A stretch of 56,943 bases of DNA, the filler included, from Acidimicrobiia bacterium (GTDB lineage Bacteria > Actinomycetota > Acidimicrobiia > Spongiisociales > JAHEDJ01), in NCBI GenBank assembly GCA_029210695.1. It is 2 parts of 2 records of this genome, joined end to end, with 100 filler letters (N's around TTAATTAATTAA, not from the genome) between each part and the next. Parts side by side here need not be neighbours in the genome. Positions count along the whole stretch, not along the records: positions 1 to 28,742 come from JARGFH010000048.1; 1 more part is not named here. One strand, given 5' to 3'. The position numbers were made by a program, and so were the translations under genes. Within the stretch, counting starts at the first letter, position 1, and every line of letters begins with the position of its first letter. The notes beneath the pieces were generated by a model that saw nothing but the letters and a program-made list of their open reading frames with translations, was not told where the DNA came from and ran no database searches. Of the stretch, positions 1 through 10,099 are shown piece after piece.

Positions 1-105
1 CAGATCACCCACCGCCCAGAGCGATATCGAGCATTCACCATCGCCCTCGATCCGGCATTCTGGATCTGTTCCCAGATATTGGGTTGCCACGTTCGGTGGT
101 GGTGG

Positions 106-2907
106 TCAGCGGCCGACGGCAAGGTCGAGGCCAGGTGTTTGCCGTTCGGTCTCGTTCCGTTCGGTTTGGCGTTTGGCGATCTGCCAGGCGACCCGAGCAG
201 CAACATCACGGCTGGGTGGGGGCGGACCCAACGGATCCACGTCGTCGGTGAGGGTCGGCCCTACATGGTCGATAGCGGCGGACTGGGTCGAACCACGTTT
301 GAGCGTAGCGGTGAGCCGCTCGAGGGCATCGTGGTGACCCGTGTGGGTGAGGTGGGTGCACTGTTCATCAGCCGGTCCGACGTTGGTGAGGTAGAGGGTG
401 TTGGTTTGCCGGCCGCGGCTCATCGCCACATAGGCCCATTCGCGGTCGGTGGTCCCGTCGATGAGGACGAAGGTGCGGCCGGTGGTGACGCCTTGGGCTT
501 TGTGACCGGTGAGGGCGTAACCGTATTCGACGTGGCCTTGGTCGAGGTACCAGGCGGGCAGGTTGCGGGTTTCGGGGTCCCGGTCGAGTTGTACGGTGAG
601 CGTGCCGTGGTTTGGGTCGGCGGAGACGACCGTGGCGAGGTCGCCGTTGAGTACCCCGAGCCGGGTCTGGTTCTGGCGGCACAGGATCCGGTCCCCAGCC
701 TGGAACACTCTTTCCCCTACCTCGAGGGCGGGTCCGTGGAGCCGGTTGGATGCAGCGAGTTGGGTGCGGGCCCTTTCGTTCAATTCGGTGACAGTGTTGT
801 TGTTGTGGGTGATGAGCAACCCCGAGGTGAGGTCACCGGTGGCTGTGACATGGCGATACCAGTCGGTTACAGCGCGTCCCGTGGTGTCGTCTTGGTTCTG
901 TCCGATGATCACCCTGCCCCGCTGTCGATACGCCTCGATCGCCTGATCCGTTGATCCATCTCGGAGTTCGGTGAGAGCAGCCCGCTCCCATTCGTGTTGC
1001 TGACGGATGTTGTCAGTCAGCTCAACTGCCGGGAGCCGGTTGGCGAGGACCCGGAACAGGCCACCGGCGTCGATCTCGGGTAGCTGACGATCGTCACCGA
1101 TCAGGATCAGCTTCCCTTCGGCCTGTTCGACCAGGTCGGCGATGGAGGCGAGTTGGCGGGTGCCGACCATCCCAGCCTCATCAATTACCACTATCGCACC
1201 GTGAGGAAGACCGTGGTCTTTGGATTCGCCGATCAGTCGGGTGAGGGTGACCGAGGGGATCCCGGTGGCTGCTTGGAGACCGGCGGCGGTCCTACCGGCC
1301 AGCGCCCCACCCAAGATCGGGGTGCCGGTGATGGTGGCGAGCTGGCCGATCACTTCCATCACCGCGGTTTTGCCGGTCCCGGCTGGTCCTATTCCGATGT
1401 CGATGGTGTTGGTGGAGGTGGCGAACCGGCGGACCATTTCCCGCTGCCCGTCGGTCAGATGTCGGTGGCGTCGCAGACGTCCCTCCACGAGACGGTGGGG
1501 TGCGGTCCATCGACCGGCACCCACTCCGGAGATAGCCTGTTCGATGATCCGCTGCTCGGTGACCAACAGCTCGGTAGTCGTGTAACGGTGTTCGTGACTG
1601 ATACCGGGGAAGAGTGTTCCGTCCCGGCGGCGCATCATCCGGCCGGTTGCTTCTGCTTCGGTCAGGACATCAAGCCGGTCACGCTCGACATCGATAGGAC
1701 CGTCGAGTTCCTCAGCCTGTTCGGCAATATGGGTTGGTAGGAGCGGCACAACCTCCCGGGTGCGCAGGAAGGTTTCGGCGAGGTGCTCGATCTGGTTGCG
1801 AGTGCCACCTTCTGGCAAGGCGGCTGCCACTTCTTTGACTACCTCGGCCCGCCCGAAGGTGGAGACCCGTTCGGTGAGCCCCTCCGCCGATGCCAACCGG
1901 TCGAACAGCACCTCTGTGTCAATCGGGGTGACTTCCCGACTCGCACCCATGAGTCGGGTGATCTGGTTGGGGGTGAGACCCACCTCGACGGCCCGCTCCA
2001 ACCATTCGACCTCCAGGTCGGTGAGCGGATGATCCCGTTTTGGGGCACGGGTGGCCAGCACTGCTACCTGCCGGGCCGCCGCCGTGCCGGGGAGGCCTTG
2101 TTCTTGGCGCCAGGTTTCGAGCTGGTGCCGGCGCCGGGAGAACGCCTCGATCTGCGGGCGGGTGAACCCTTCGATATCGGCCATCCCGTTGGATACCGGC
2201 TGCCAGCACACCCCCAACCGCTGTGTCAACTCCCGCCTGAGGACCGCTTCGTGAAGGTAACCGGCGGCGAGCTGATACCGATACAACAACCGGCCGTCCA
2301 CCGTCCGCCATACCCCATCTGTGCCTTTGACCTTGTTGGCGACCACCACATGGGTATGGAGCTGAGGATCATCCGCGCGGGAAGTGAACTCGGTGAACGA
2401 AGCCGCCACATACCCCGACGTGGGGATCGGCCAGGTCACCACCCGAAACCGAGGTGATCCGTTCTCATTGAGCACAGGATGGCCGTTGTCATCGAGCACC
2501 GGAGTTCTGGAGGCGCCTCTGGTTGACGACGCCACCGACTCCAAATACCCCAACGCCTGGGAGGTTGCTTCCTCGAACGCCTCCAACACCTGCTGGCGGG
2601 TCTGCTCGTCGCCGAGGGCCCAAAGGAGCGACACCGACTTGTCCGCCGAAAAGGTCACATCCCACGCCGCCACCCCATCGCGCCGCAAACTCCGACCCAG
2701 CCGCTCCCCGGTGGCGGGGTGTTGACCGTCGAACAGGCGGACCAAACCCTCCGCCGACACCGACCCCGAAAGGCCCAACTCGGCAGCGCCGTTCCCGCGC
2801 CACCGCCCGGTGGCGGTACCACCCCGCAGGTAATAGTCCTCCCCAGGTGAGATCTCCCCCAGCTTGCGCAGGTAATAATCCTTGGCGGCCTTGGCCAAAC
2901 TCAACAC
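106..2907 (-). CDS. mobF: MobF (TrwC/TraA-like) relaxase fused to a RecD-like SF1 helicase
   Basis: N-terminal DYY..DYY tyrosines, D(V)TFSADKSVS, SRxxDPQLHTH, FSRR; helicase motifs GPAGTGKT, IDEAGM, IGDDRQL, YALTGHKAQGVT, YVAMSRGR. Confidence 0.93.
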   Translation of the reverse strand: MLSLAKAAKDYYLRKLGEISPGEDYYLRGGTATGRWRGNGAAELGLSGSVSAEGLVRLFDGQHPATGERLGRSLRRDGVAAWDVTFSADKSVSLLWALGDEQTRQQVLEAFEEATSQALGYLESVASSTRGASRTPVLDDNGHPVLNENGSPRFRVVTWPIPTSGYVAASFTEFTSRADDPQLHTHVVVANKVKGTDGVWRTVDGRLLYRYQLAAGYLHEAVLRRELTQRLGVCWQPVSNGMADIEGFTRPQIEAFSRRRHQLETWRQEQGLPGTAAARQVAVLATRAPKRDHPLTDLEVEWLERAVEVGLTPNQITRLMGASREVTPIDTEVLFDRLASAEGLTERVSTFGRAEVVKEVAAALPEGGTRNQIEHLAETFLRTREVVPLLPTHIAEQAEELDGPIDVERDRLDVLTEAEATGRMMRRRDGTLFPGISHEHRYTTTELLVTEQRIIEQAISGVGAGRWTAPHRLVEGRLRRHRHLTDGQREMVRRFATSTNTIDIGIGPAGTGKTAVMEVIGQLATITGTPILGGALAGRTAAGLQAATGIPSVTLTRLIGESKDHGLPHGAIVVIDEAGMVGTRQLASIADLVEQAEGKLILIGDDRQLPEIDAGGLFRVLANRLPAVELTDNIRQQHEWERAALTELRDGSTDQAIEAYRQRGRVIIGQNQDDTTGRAVTDWYRHVTATGDLTSGLLITHNNNTVTELNERARTQLAASNRLHGPALEVGERVFQAGDRILCRQNQTRLGVLNGDLATVVSADPNHGTLTVQLDRDPETRNLPAWYLDQGHVEYGYALTGHKAQGVTTGRTFVLIDGTTDREWAYVAMSRGRQTNTLYLTNVGPADEQCTHLTHTGHHDALERLTATLKRGSTQSAAIDHVGPTLTDDVDPLGPPPPSRDVAARVAWQIAKRQTERNETERQTPGLDLAVGR

Positions 2908-3291
2908 CCCCCACCCCCAAAGCGGTAGACCAGTAAGCCAGAAGCAACTCGTTGCAGATGCGTGTGTCGAAGAGGAAGAGCGGTCTCCAGGTGGCAGGTT
3001 CTGGCGGGGTCATCTCGGTCAACAGGGTGTTGCTGGTTCGGGTTCTCCGATCGAAGACTTCGACCTACCTCCGGTGGTGGGTGCGGGCTGTTGTTGGATC
3101 CGCGGCGTTCAGTTGTAGATGGCCGCGGCCATTCATGCCGTTTCCCCTTGCCCCGAGTCGATGGTTTGCCGCCAGGTGACACCGCCCGGACGGCCCCGCA
3201 GATGGACAGGCGTCCGTCGGTGGCGTCTCCTCGATCTGGGATGCTGGTGTTCTTGGGTTGCGGGTCCATGTCTCGCGCATCGCACACCCCC

Positions 3292-3360
3292 ACCCTCTCA
3301 AACCAATCGCAGAAACCCTCTCAAACCAGTCGCAGAACCGCTCGCAAACCAGTCGCAGAA
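3292..3360 (+). repeat. Three tandem 23-bp direct repeats (ACCCTCTCAAACCARTCGCAGAA)
   Basis: Units at 3292-3314, 3315-3337 and 3338-3360; the third has a variant 5' end (CCGCTCGC). Confidence 0.9.
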
Positions 3361-3444
3361 CCCCGAATACCCTTACGCGACCAGGGTTTCTTTGAGCTAC
3401 CGACAAACCGAAAAGAATCCGTCTCACGGCTCCTCCTGCCAGCG

Positions 3445-3511
3445 TTGGAGGGTTACCGACAGGATTTTTGGAGGGTTACTGACAGGGTTCTTGCGATCCT
3501 GTTGAGAGGGT
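3445..3511 (+). repeat. Second repeat set with 23-bp period (TTGGAGGGTTACYGACAGG x2) plus an inverted degenerate copy of the first unit
   Basis: Copies start at 3445 and 3468; TTGAGAGGGT at 3502-3511 is the reverse complement of ACCCTCTCAA. Confidence 0.75.
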
Positions 3512-3530
3512 GCCAACCCAACATGTCGCC

Positions 3531-3722
3531 ATGGAAACACTCGATCAGCTACTCACCGTCCAACAACTCGCCGACTACCTCGGAGTGCCGGTTGCCACCC
3601 TGTACCAATGGAGGTGGCGTGGAGAGGGCCCACCGGGTTTCCGGGTGGGCAGGCATGTGCGATACCGCTGGGGCGACATCAAGGACTGGGTTGACCGCCA
3701 GCTCCAGGATCTCAAGCAGTGA
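3531..3722 (+). CDS. Excisionase / HTH_17 (AlpA/MerR-like) DNA-binding protein
   Basis: LLTVQQLADYLGVPVATLYQWR..GEGPPGFRVGRHVRY, directly upstream of the integrase. Confidence 0.9.
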   Translation: METLDQLLTVQQLADYLGVPVATLYQWRWRGEGPPGFRVGRHVRYRWGDIKDWVDRQLQDLKQ

Positions 3723-3844
3723 GCAACTGTCAGTCTGAACCTGTAAGTTCGGAGATAAGAGACAACCGCGCACAGACAATCGGCGATGAAGTAGCCGCCG
3801 CATGACTGGGCATTTGGGACGGCTGCAGGAAACAGGGAGGTCGC

Positions 3845-5030
3845 ATGGTGCAAAGCGGGACCAATCCCTCAGGCCACATAGAGCGACGTGGCGACACGTG
3901 GCGTGTGGTCGTCGAAGCCGGCCACGACCCTGCCACCGGACAGCGGCGGCGGATCGTCCGATCAAGCTTCAGCTACCACGAGGCTCGCCGCGAGCTTCGA
4001 CGAATCCTCACGGATCTGGAGGAGCAGACCTACATCGAGCCCTCCAAGGCGAGCGTGGCCGGCTATTTAGTCGATTGGCTACGGGGCCACGCCATGGTGG
4101 CCGCCGAGAACACCCTCGAGGTGTACGGCCATCAGATTCGAGCCTATGTACTTCCCTACATCGGCGCGATCTTGCTTCAGAATCTCACGCCGACCGACCT
4201 CGACCAGCTCTATGCGACGCTACTACAAAGCGGCCGAAGGGACGGCAACGGTCTGGCTCTGAAGACGGTTCGCAATGTCCACGTGATGCTGCACCGCGCC
4301 TTCGAGGACGCGGTGGAACATGACCGGATCAGACGGAATCCGGCCGCCCGGGCCAAACCCCCCCACCTCCAGAAGAGCACGCAAGCCGGTAGCGCAGCGG
4401 TACACATGGAGCCGGCAGGAAGCGGAGGCATTTCTCACCTACCTTGCCGACCACCGTCTCCGAGCCTTGTATACCCTGGTCCTCACCACCGGCCTCCGCC
4501 GCTCCGAGGTGCTCGGCGTGTCGTGGGATCGAGTGGAGCTCCAGGAGGGACATCTGGCGGTGGTGCAAGCCTTGGTGGAGGTGAATAGTCGACCGAAACT
4601 GAAACCCTTCCCGAAGACCGATCACTCCCGGCGGCGTATCGCCCTCGACGTCGCGACGACCCGGGAGCTGCGGGCTCATCGGAAGCGCCAAGTTGCGGAA
4701 CGGTTGGCTTGTGGAGACGAGTATGACGACCACAACCTCGTCTTCGCCGAGGAGGACGGATCTGCCATCCGGCCTTCGACACTCTCCCGGAGCTTCGCCC
4801 GCCTGGCTTCTGACGCCGGGCTACCCGATCTGAGCCCCCGGCCCTTCCACGGGCTGCGGCACACCTACGCGACTCTGGCTCTGGAGGCGGGCGTACCGAT
4901 CGAGCTCTTGTCGAAGCGCCTCGGTCACGCCTCGATCGCAACCACCGCCGACCTCTATCAGCACGTCACAAAAAGCCTTGATCGGGACGCAGCACAGGCG
5001 GTGGCCGACCTCATCTTCGGTGGTTCCTAA
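3845..5030 (+). pseudogene. Tyrosine recombinase/integrase split by a +1 frameshift at a C7 run (4358-4364)
   Basis: The 3845 frame gives arm and SAM-like domains up to RNPAARAKPP; the 4320 frame carries TGLRRSE, FHGLRHTYAT, RLGH, DLYQHV. Removing one C fuses them into one ORF. Confidence 0.85.
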
Positions 5031-5036
5031 GAGCTG

Positions 5037-5059
5037 CGGGCACCTAATCGGGCACCTAA
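5037..5059 (+). repeat. Direct repeat CGGGCACCTAA x2, likely integrase arm-type binding sites
   Basis: Exact 11-mers at 5037 and 5049, between the integrase stop and the tRNA 3' end. Confidence 0.65.
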
Positions 5060-5098
5060 AGGCCAGACTGTCGTCTCCGGTGAGGGGGCGCAGAAGCC

Positions 5099-5125
5099 AG
5101 AAACCCCAGTTGACCTGGGGTTTCT
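5099..5125 (-). terminator. Hairpin immediately downstream of tRNA-Leu
   Basis: AGAAACCCCAG-ttgac-CTGGGGTTTCT, perfect 11-bp stem. Confidence 0.7.
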
Positions 5126-5126
5126 C

Positions 5127-5214
<88 letters not shown>

Positions 5215-5242
5215 GTGGACGCGGCAGTATAACCCCGGTCGT

Positions 5243-7033
5243 TCAGCCGCCGGACCTGTGCCACAGCGCCGCGTTCCAGGTATCGGGGAAGGCGCCGACA
5301 TGGTCGAAACCCTCAAACGTTGCCACCCATACCGCCGCCGCATTGGGTGCCGCGAACATCGGCACCACCACTACGTATTCGGCCAGTGCCGCGTCGATCG
5401 CCTCGAGTTCTGCTCGAAGCTCTTCGAGATCGAGGATGGCGTCCAGCCCGGCGATCCGGGTCTGAAGAGCGGCTGCGATGTCGGAGAGAGCGGACCCTTC
5501 AGCGCCCCACCGGTAGAAGTTGTACCCGTCATTTTCGGGAAGAGTGAGGAAACGATCTTGCAGATCGACGACGGCGCCCACCGGACCGGGGGTAGCCCGC
5601 CAGGCCCACTCACCGATATCAAACTCCCCCGGCAAGACACGGTCGCGAAAGAACTCCCCCACTTCGAGGAGTTCGATATCCACGGACAAACCGGCACCAG
5701 CCAGTCGTTGCAGGAGCGCGCCGGTGATCTGCGTTCTCTCCAGGCTGGCGGAGGTGGAGAAGGCCACCGCCGCGTCTTCCCGGCTGAGGTCTTGCTGCGC
5801 GGTTGCCAGGAGATCCGCCTGCTGCTCTTCATCGACCGCGTAAGCCGCCCATCCCGAGGAGGAAGCAGCGGGCCAGGACACGCCGACCACGGTGTCAAGA
5901 ACCCCGACCCGGTCGACGAACACATCCGAGACAATGGCCTGGCGGTCGAGTGTTCGCGCTACGAACTCCCGAAATGCCGGCGACTCGTTCATAGATACCG
6001 GATTGGCTGCAAAACGTCCTTGACCGAACTGGAAGGCGATGTGCTCGTACTCGGGTCCTTCTGCAACCTGCAGATCTACGGCCGGCGAAGCATCGAGTTC
6101 GCCGAGCACCTCTGAATCTGGTGCGATCAAGGCGGCATCGACGGTCCGCAGGCGGAACGCAGCGAGGAGCGCAGCATCGCTGGTGAAGAAGCCAACCTCC
6201 ACGGCGTCGAGATACGGAAGCGGGTCTCCGAGACCGTCGACCTTGCCGTAGCCGTCGTTCCGTACAAAGCGCGCGCTTCTCCCGACTTCCCATGATTCGA
6301 ACCGGAACGGTCCTGCACTCATCCAGGTGGTTTCTTCCCAATCCCGGCCGAAATCGGTTCCCTCTACTTGCGAAACCGGCACGAGGATCGGGAACAACGA
6401 GAGAAACCGGATCGTCGGCCGTTCCAGAACCATCGTGACCGACGACGCGGTGGCTTCGACCGATCCGGGAACGATCAGCCCATGAAGAGATCTGAGATCC
6501 GGGCGGATCGGCAAAGAGGAATCCACCATCAGGTCGTACGTGAAGGCGACATCGAACCCGGTAACTGCCTCGCCGTTTTCCCAGCGAGCAGCCGGGTCGA
6601 GGTCGTAGCGGAGGGTCATCGTTCCGTCTTCGTTGACCTCGATCCCCCCGTTGGCGAGCGTCGGAATCTCGACGGCGGCTTCCGGCTTCGGGTCGTGCGT
6701 CTTGGGATCAAGACCGATCAGGCCGATCGTCCACAGTTCCGTGAGCGTCTCGACCACAGGAGCATTTCCGCCCGTGACGAGAGGGTTCAGTGAAAGAGGT
6801 TCACCAACGACCCCGAGCGAAGCCTCTCCGCCGGCCGGCACGGGCAGGGACACCGTCGTCGAAGTCGGAACAGACCCCACTGCAGTCGGGGTCGAAGGCT
6901 TTGAGGTAGCCGTCGTGGAGGTCGAACTGGAGGCTTGATCGTTGTTTTCGGTCAGCTGGGGAATGAATATCCAGAGAACCGCGACCCCGATGGCGACGAG
7001 CCCGATGATTACTAGGGCAATGATCCGGCGCAT
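5243..7033 (-). CDS. Peptide/nickel ABC transporter substrate-binding protein (family 5), membrane-anchored
   Basis: N-terminal TM helix, Ser/Thr-rich linker, WENGEAVTGFDVAFTY, SAGPFRFESW, LPYLDAV. Confidence 0.85.
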   Translation of the reverse strand: MRRIIALVIIGLVAIGVAVLWIFIPQLTENNDQASSSTSTTATSKPSTPTAVGSVPTSTTVSLPVPAGGEASLGVVGEPLSLNPLVTGGNAPVVETLTELWTIGLIGLDPKTHDPKPEAAVEIPTLANGGIEVNEDGTMTLRYDLDPAARWENGEAVTGFDVAFTYDLMVDSSLPIRPDLRSLHGLIVPGSVEATASSVTMVLERPTIRFLSLFPILVPVSQVEGTDFGRDWEETTWMSAGPFRFESWEVGRSARFVRNDGYGKVDGLGDPLPYLDAVEVGFFTSDAALLAAFRLRTVDAALIAPDSEVLGELDASPAVDLQVAEGPEYEHIAFQFGQGRFAANPVSMNESPAFREFVARTLDRQAIVSDVFVDRVGVLDTVVGVSWPAASSSGWAAYAVDEEQQADLLATAQQDLSREDAAVAFSTSASLERTQITGALLQRLAGAGLSVDIELLEVGEFFRDRVLPGEFDIGEWAWRATPGPVGAVVDLQDRFLTLPENDGYNFYRWGAEGSALSDIAAALQTRIAGLDAILDLEELRAELEAIDAALAEYVVVVPMFAAPNAAAVWVATFEGFDHVGAFPDTWNAALWHRSGG

Positions 7034-7072
7034 GCCGGGACCTCGTTCGGTTGGTTCCACCTAAATTAGACG

Positions 7073-7303
7073 CTAGCCGAGGAGCCAGGCGAGCAGCATC
7101 GTCGTGATCGCGAACACCACCCCAATTATGACGGTGAGGCGATCGAGATTACGTTCCACGACGGTGGAGCCGCCCAGGCTCTGCGGTGCGAATCCTCCAC
7201 CGAACATGTCCGAGACGCCACCACCGCGTCCGGCGTGCAGCAGGATCATCGCGATGAGCGCCAAGGACACGATCACATGGACGACTACGACGAATATTGT
7301 CAT
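7073..7303 (-). CDS. secG: Preprotein translocase subunit SecG
   Basis: ILLHAGRGGGVSDMFGGG..VERNLDRLT; canonical position downstream of tpiA. Confidence 0.95.
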   Translation of the reverse strand: MTIFVVVVHVIVSLALIAMILLHAGRGGGVSDMFGGGFAPQSLGGSTVVERNLDRLTVIIGVVFAITTMLLAWLLG

Positions 7304-7391
7304 GGAGTTGAATCCTTCTCGTCGGCACCCGACGGGTGCAACGGCCGCCACAGTATGGAAGCGGGCCCGGTCGAAAGCAAGTTCTGCCCCA

Positions 7392-8147
7392 TCATCCTGC
7401 CTGCTTGGCCACGGCTTCTGCAGCCCTGGCGGCCGCCTCGGGATCTCCCAGGTAGCCCGAGTTGATCCTGGCCAGATCGGCGTCCAATTCGTAGACGAGC
7501 GGGATCCCGGTCGGGATGTTGAGCATGGGAATCTCCTCGTCGGAGACGCCGTCGAGGTGCTTCACCAGTGCCCGGAGGCTGTTCCCGTGAGCCGCCACCA
7601 GGACCCGTTTGCCGTCCCGGAGGTCCGGCACGATCTGGTCGTGCCAATAGGGCAGCATCCGCGCCACAACGTCTTTCAGACATTCGGTGGCAGGGAGCAG
7701 GTCGGGCGCCAGCCGGGCGTACCGACGGTCGTGAATCGGGTGGCGTTCGTCGTCCAGATCGAGGGCGGGCGGTGGAACGTCGTAGCTGCGGCGCCACTCG
7801 AACACCTGCTCTTTGCCGTGACGCTCCGCCGTCTCCTTCTTGTTGAGGCCCTGGAGCGCCCCGTAGTGCCGCTCGTTGAGTCGCCAGTGCCGCTTGACCG
7901 GAAGCCAGAGGAGTCCCATCTCCTCGAGCGTGAGGTTGGCGGTGCTGATCGCCCGGATTTGAACCGATGTGTGTACGACGTCGAATGCGAGACCGGCTTC
8001 GGACATGAGCCGCCCCGCCTCGACCGCCTCCTGCCGCCCCTGCTCGGTGAGGCCGACGTCGGTCCAACCGGTGAAGCGATTCTCGAGGTTCCAGGTGCTC
8101 TGACCGTGACGAAGAAGTGCCAGTGTTGCATTGCGACTCATCGGCAT
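7392..8147 (-). CDS. gpmA: 2,3-BPG-dependent phosphoglycerate mutase
   Basis: [37 protein letters not shown]. Confidence 0.96.
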   Translation of the reverse strand: MPMSRNATLALLRHGQSTWNLENRFTGWTDVGLTEQGRQEAVEAGRLMSEAGLAFDVVHTSVQIRAISTANLTLEEMGLLWLPVKRHWRLNERHYGALQGLNKKETAERHGKEQVFEWRRSYDVPPPALDLDDERHPIHDRRYARLAPDLLPATECLKDVVARMLPYWHDQIVPDLRDGKRVLVAAHGNSLRALVKHLDGVSDEEIPMLNIPTGIPLVYELDADLARINSGYLGDPEAAARAAEAVAKQAG

Positions 8148-8914
8148 CACACCCAGTACCGGACGACCGAAGCAAAGGTATCGGGATCAAGAGAGGCGCC
8201 ACCGACGAGAGCCCCGTCGATGTCACGCTTGGCCATGAGGCCCGCAATATTGCCGGGATTGACCGATCCTCCGTAAAGGATCCGCAGGTCTTCGGAGGCG
8301 TTCCCATACTTCCCGGACACCGTCGTGCGGATATGTCCGATTGTTTCGGCGGCATCCTCGTCACTGGCCGTCCGACCCGTCCCAATTGCCCAGATCGGCT
8401 CGTAGGCGAGCACCAGCCCACCCACCTGGGCGGCGTCGAGGCCGGCCAGTCCGTTGACCACCTGACCGGCGACGAACTCGGCCGTCTCGCCCGCCTCTCG
8501 TTGTTCCAGAGTTTCTCCCACGCACATGATTGGGACCATGCCGGCGGCGAGAACCGCCTTGACCTTCTTGTTGACCGTGCCGTCGGTTTCGCCGAATAGC
8601 TGGCGCCGCTCGGAGTGTCCGACGATCACGTAGCCGACCCGGAGCTTGACCAGCATCGAAGGTGCGATCTCACCGGTGAAGGCACCTTTGTCCTCCCAGT
8701 GCACGTTCTGGGCGGCGAGGCCGAACTGCATCTGATCGGCCTCAATTACCGTTTGTACCGAGCGCAGCGATGTGAATGGTGGGGCTATCACCACATCGAC
8801 CCGCTCGAAATCGGCGACGTCGAGCCGGTAGTGCAGTTTCTGCACCATCTGGATTGCCTCCAGATGGTTGCTGTGCATCTTCCAGTTACCGGCGATCAGA
8901 TCCTTACGACTCAT
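8147..8914 (-). CDS. tpiA: Triosephosphate isomerase
   Basis: [35 protein letters not shown]. Confidence 0.97.
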   Translation of the reverse strand: MSRKDLIAGNWKMHSNHLEAIQMVQKLHYRLDVADFERVDVVIAPPFTSLRSVQTVIEADQMQFGLAAQNVHWEDKGAFTGEIAPSMLVKLRVGYVIVGHSERRQLFGETDGTVNKKVKAVLAAGMVPIMCVGETLEQREAGETAEFVAGQVVNGLAGLDAAQVGGLVLAYEPIWAIGTGRTASDEDAAETIGHIRTTVSGKYGNASEDLRILYGGSVNPGNIAGLMAKRDIDGALVGGASLDPDTFASVVRYWV

Positions 8915-10091
8915 CTTTCCACCTCTTCAATGCTTGCAGTCCCGGCAATTCCACACCCTCGAGCATCTCGAGCCCGGCCCCTCCCCCAGTCGAGAGATGG
9001 GAAACTCCGTCTTCCAGCCCGAGCATCCGCAAGGCTGCGACCGAATCGCCGCCCCCGACCACCGAAAACCCGTCATGGTCGGCCAGCGCCCGTGCCACCG
9101 TCTCAGTTCCGTGGCGAAACGCCTCCCACTCGAACACACCCATCGGACCGTTCCAGAACACGCTACCGGAACCGGCGATCACCCTGGCAAACTCGGCGGC
9201 CGTGTCTGGGCCGATGTCGAGTCCCATCCAATCGTCGGGGAAGGCGGAGCGCGCCACCACCCGGTGGGAGGTGTCTTCGGCGAATCGATCGGCCACAACG
9301 AGGTCGGAGGGCAGTCGCACCCGATCTCCGGAGCCGGAGCTGAGCACGTCGGCTACCTGATCGACCATATGCTCCTCGAACAACGAGTTCCCAATCTCAT
9401 AGCCCTCCGCCGCCAGCAACGTGAAACACATGCCGCCGCCGATGAGCATGAGGTCGACCTTGGGCAGCAGGTTCTGAATCACGCCCAGCTTGTCCGATAC
9501 CTTGGCCCCGCCGAGAATCACCGTGAACGGACGCGGCGGATCCGTCATGAGCTTGCCCAGCGACTCGACCTCTGCGAGAAGAAGCGGACCGGCCACCGAC
9601 GGGATGAACTCGGTGACCCCGACCGTCGACGCATGCGCCCGGTGTGCGGTTCCGAAGGCATCCAGCACAAACAGATCGGCAATGCGGGACAGGTTGGCCG
9701 CCAGATCCGGGTCGTTCTTCGTCTCACCCGGTTCGAAGCGGGTGTTTTCGAGCATGAGAACGTCGCCGGGAGCGGAGGCGGCCACCGCCGCCTCTACCGC
9801 CGGGCCAACCACTGTGTCGAGTTTCTTGACCGGAAAGCCACCCAACCTGCTCAATGCCTCTGCCACCGGGTCCAAGCGGAACTCCGGTTCGCGTTCTTTC
9901 GGTCGACCGAGATGACTCGCAACCACCACGGTGGCACCCGCAGCACGGAGTCGTTCTATGGTCGGCAGTGACGCCTTGACCCGAAAATCGTCGGCAACGA
10001 CGCCATGATCGATCGGCACGTTGAGATCGGAACGGATCAGCACGCGCCGACCCGACACGTCCACGTCGTCCAGTGTCAGAAACTCGCTCAT
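8904..10091 (-). CDS. pgk: Phosphoglycerate kinase
   Basis: RSDLNVP, SHLGRP, LENTRF, GGAKVSDK, WNGPMGVFE, GGGDS, STGGGA. Confidence 0.97.
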   Translation of the reverse strand: MSEFLTLDDVDVSGRRVLIRSDLNVPIDHGVVADDFRVKASLPTIERLRAAGATVVVASHLGRPKEREPEFRLDPVAEALSRLGGFPVKKLDTVVGPAVEAAVAASAPGDVLMLENTRFEPGETKNDPDLAANLSRIADLFVLDAFGTAHRAHASTVGVTEFIPSVAGPLLLAEVESLGKLMTDPPRPFTVILGGAKVSDKLGVIQNLLPKVDLMLIGGGMCFTLLAAEGYEIGNSLFEEHMVDQVADVLSSGSGDRVRLPSDLVVADRFAEDTSHRVVARSAFPDDWMGLDIGPDTAAEFARVIAGSGSVFWNGPMGVFEWEAFRHGTETVARALADHDGFSVVGGGDSVAALRMLGLEDGVSHLSTGGGAGLEMLEGVELPGLQALKRWKDES

Positions 10092-10099
10092 ATCCGTCC

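Noticed and set aside
79..2457. Long plus-strand ORFs (79-954, 1153-1740, 1783-2457)
   Set aside because: Antisense shadows of the relaxase, typical of high-GC DNA, with no motifs.
3292..3360. Possible CRISPR array
   Set aside because: Units are contiguous with no unique spacers, and no cas genes are present.
1..5030. Prophage
   Set aside because: No structural, terminase or lysis genes; the relaxase indicates a mobilizable element.
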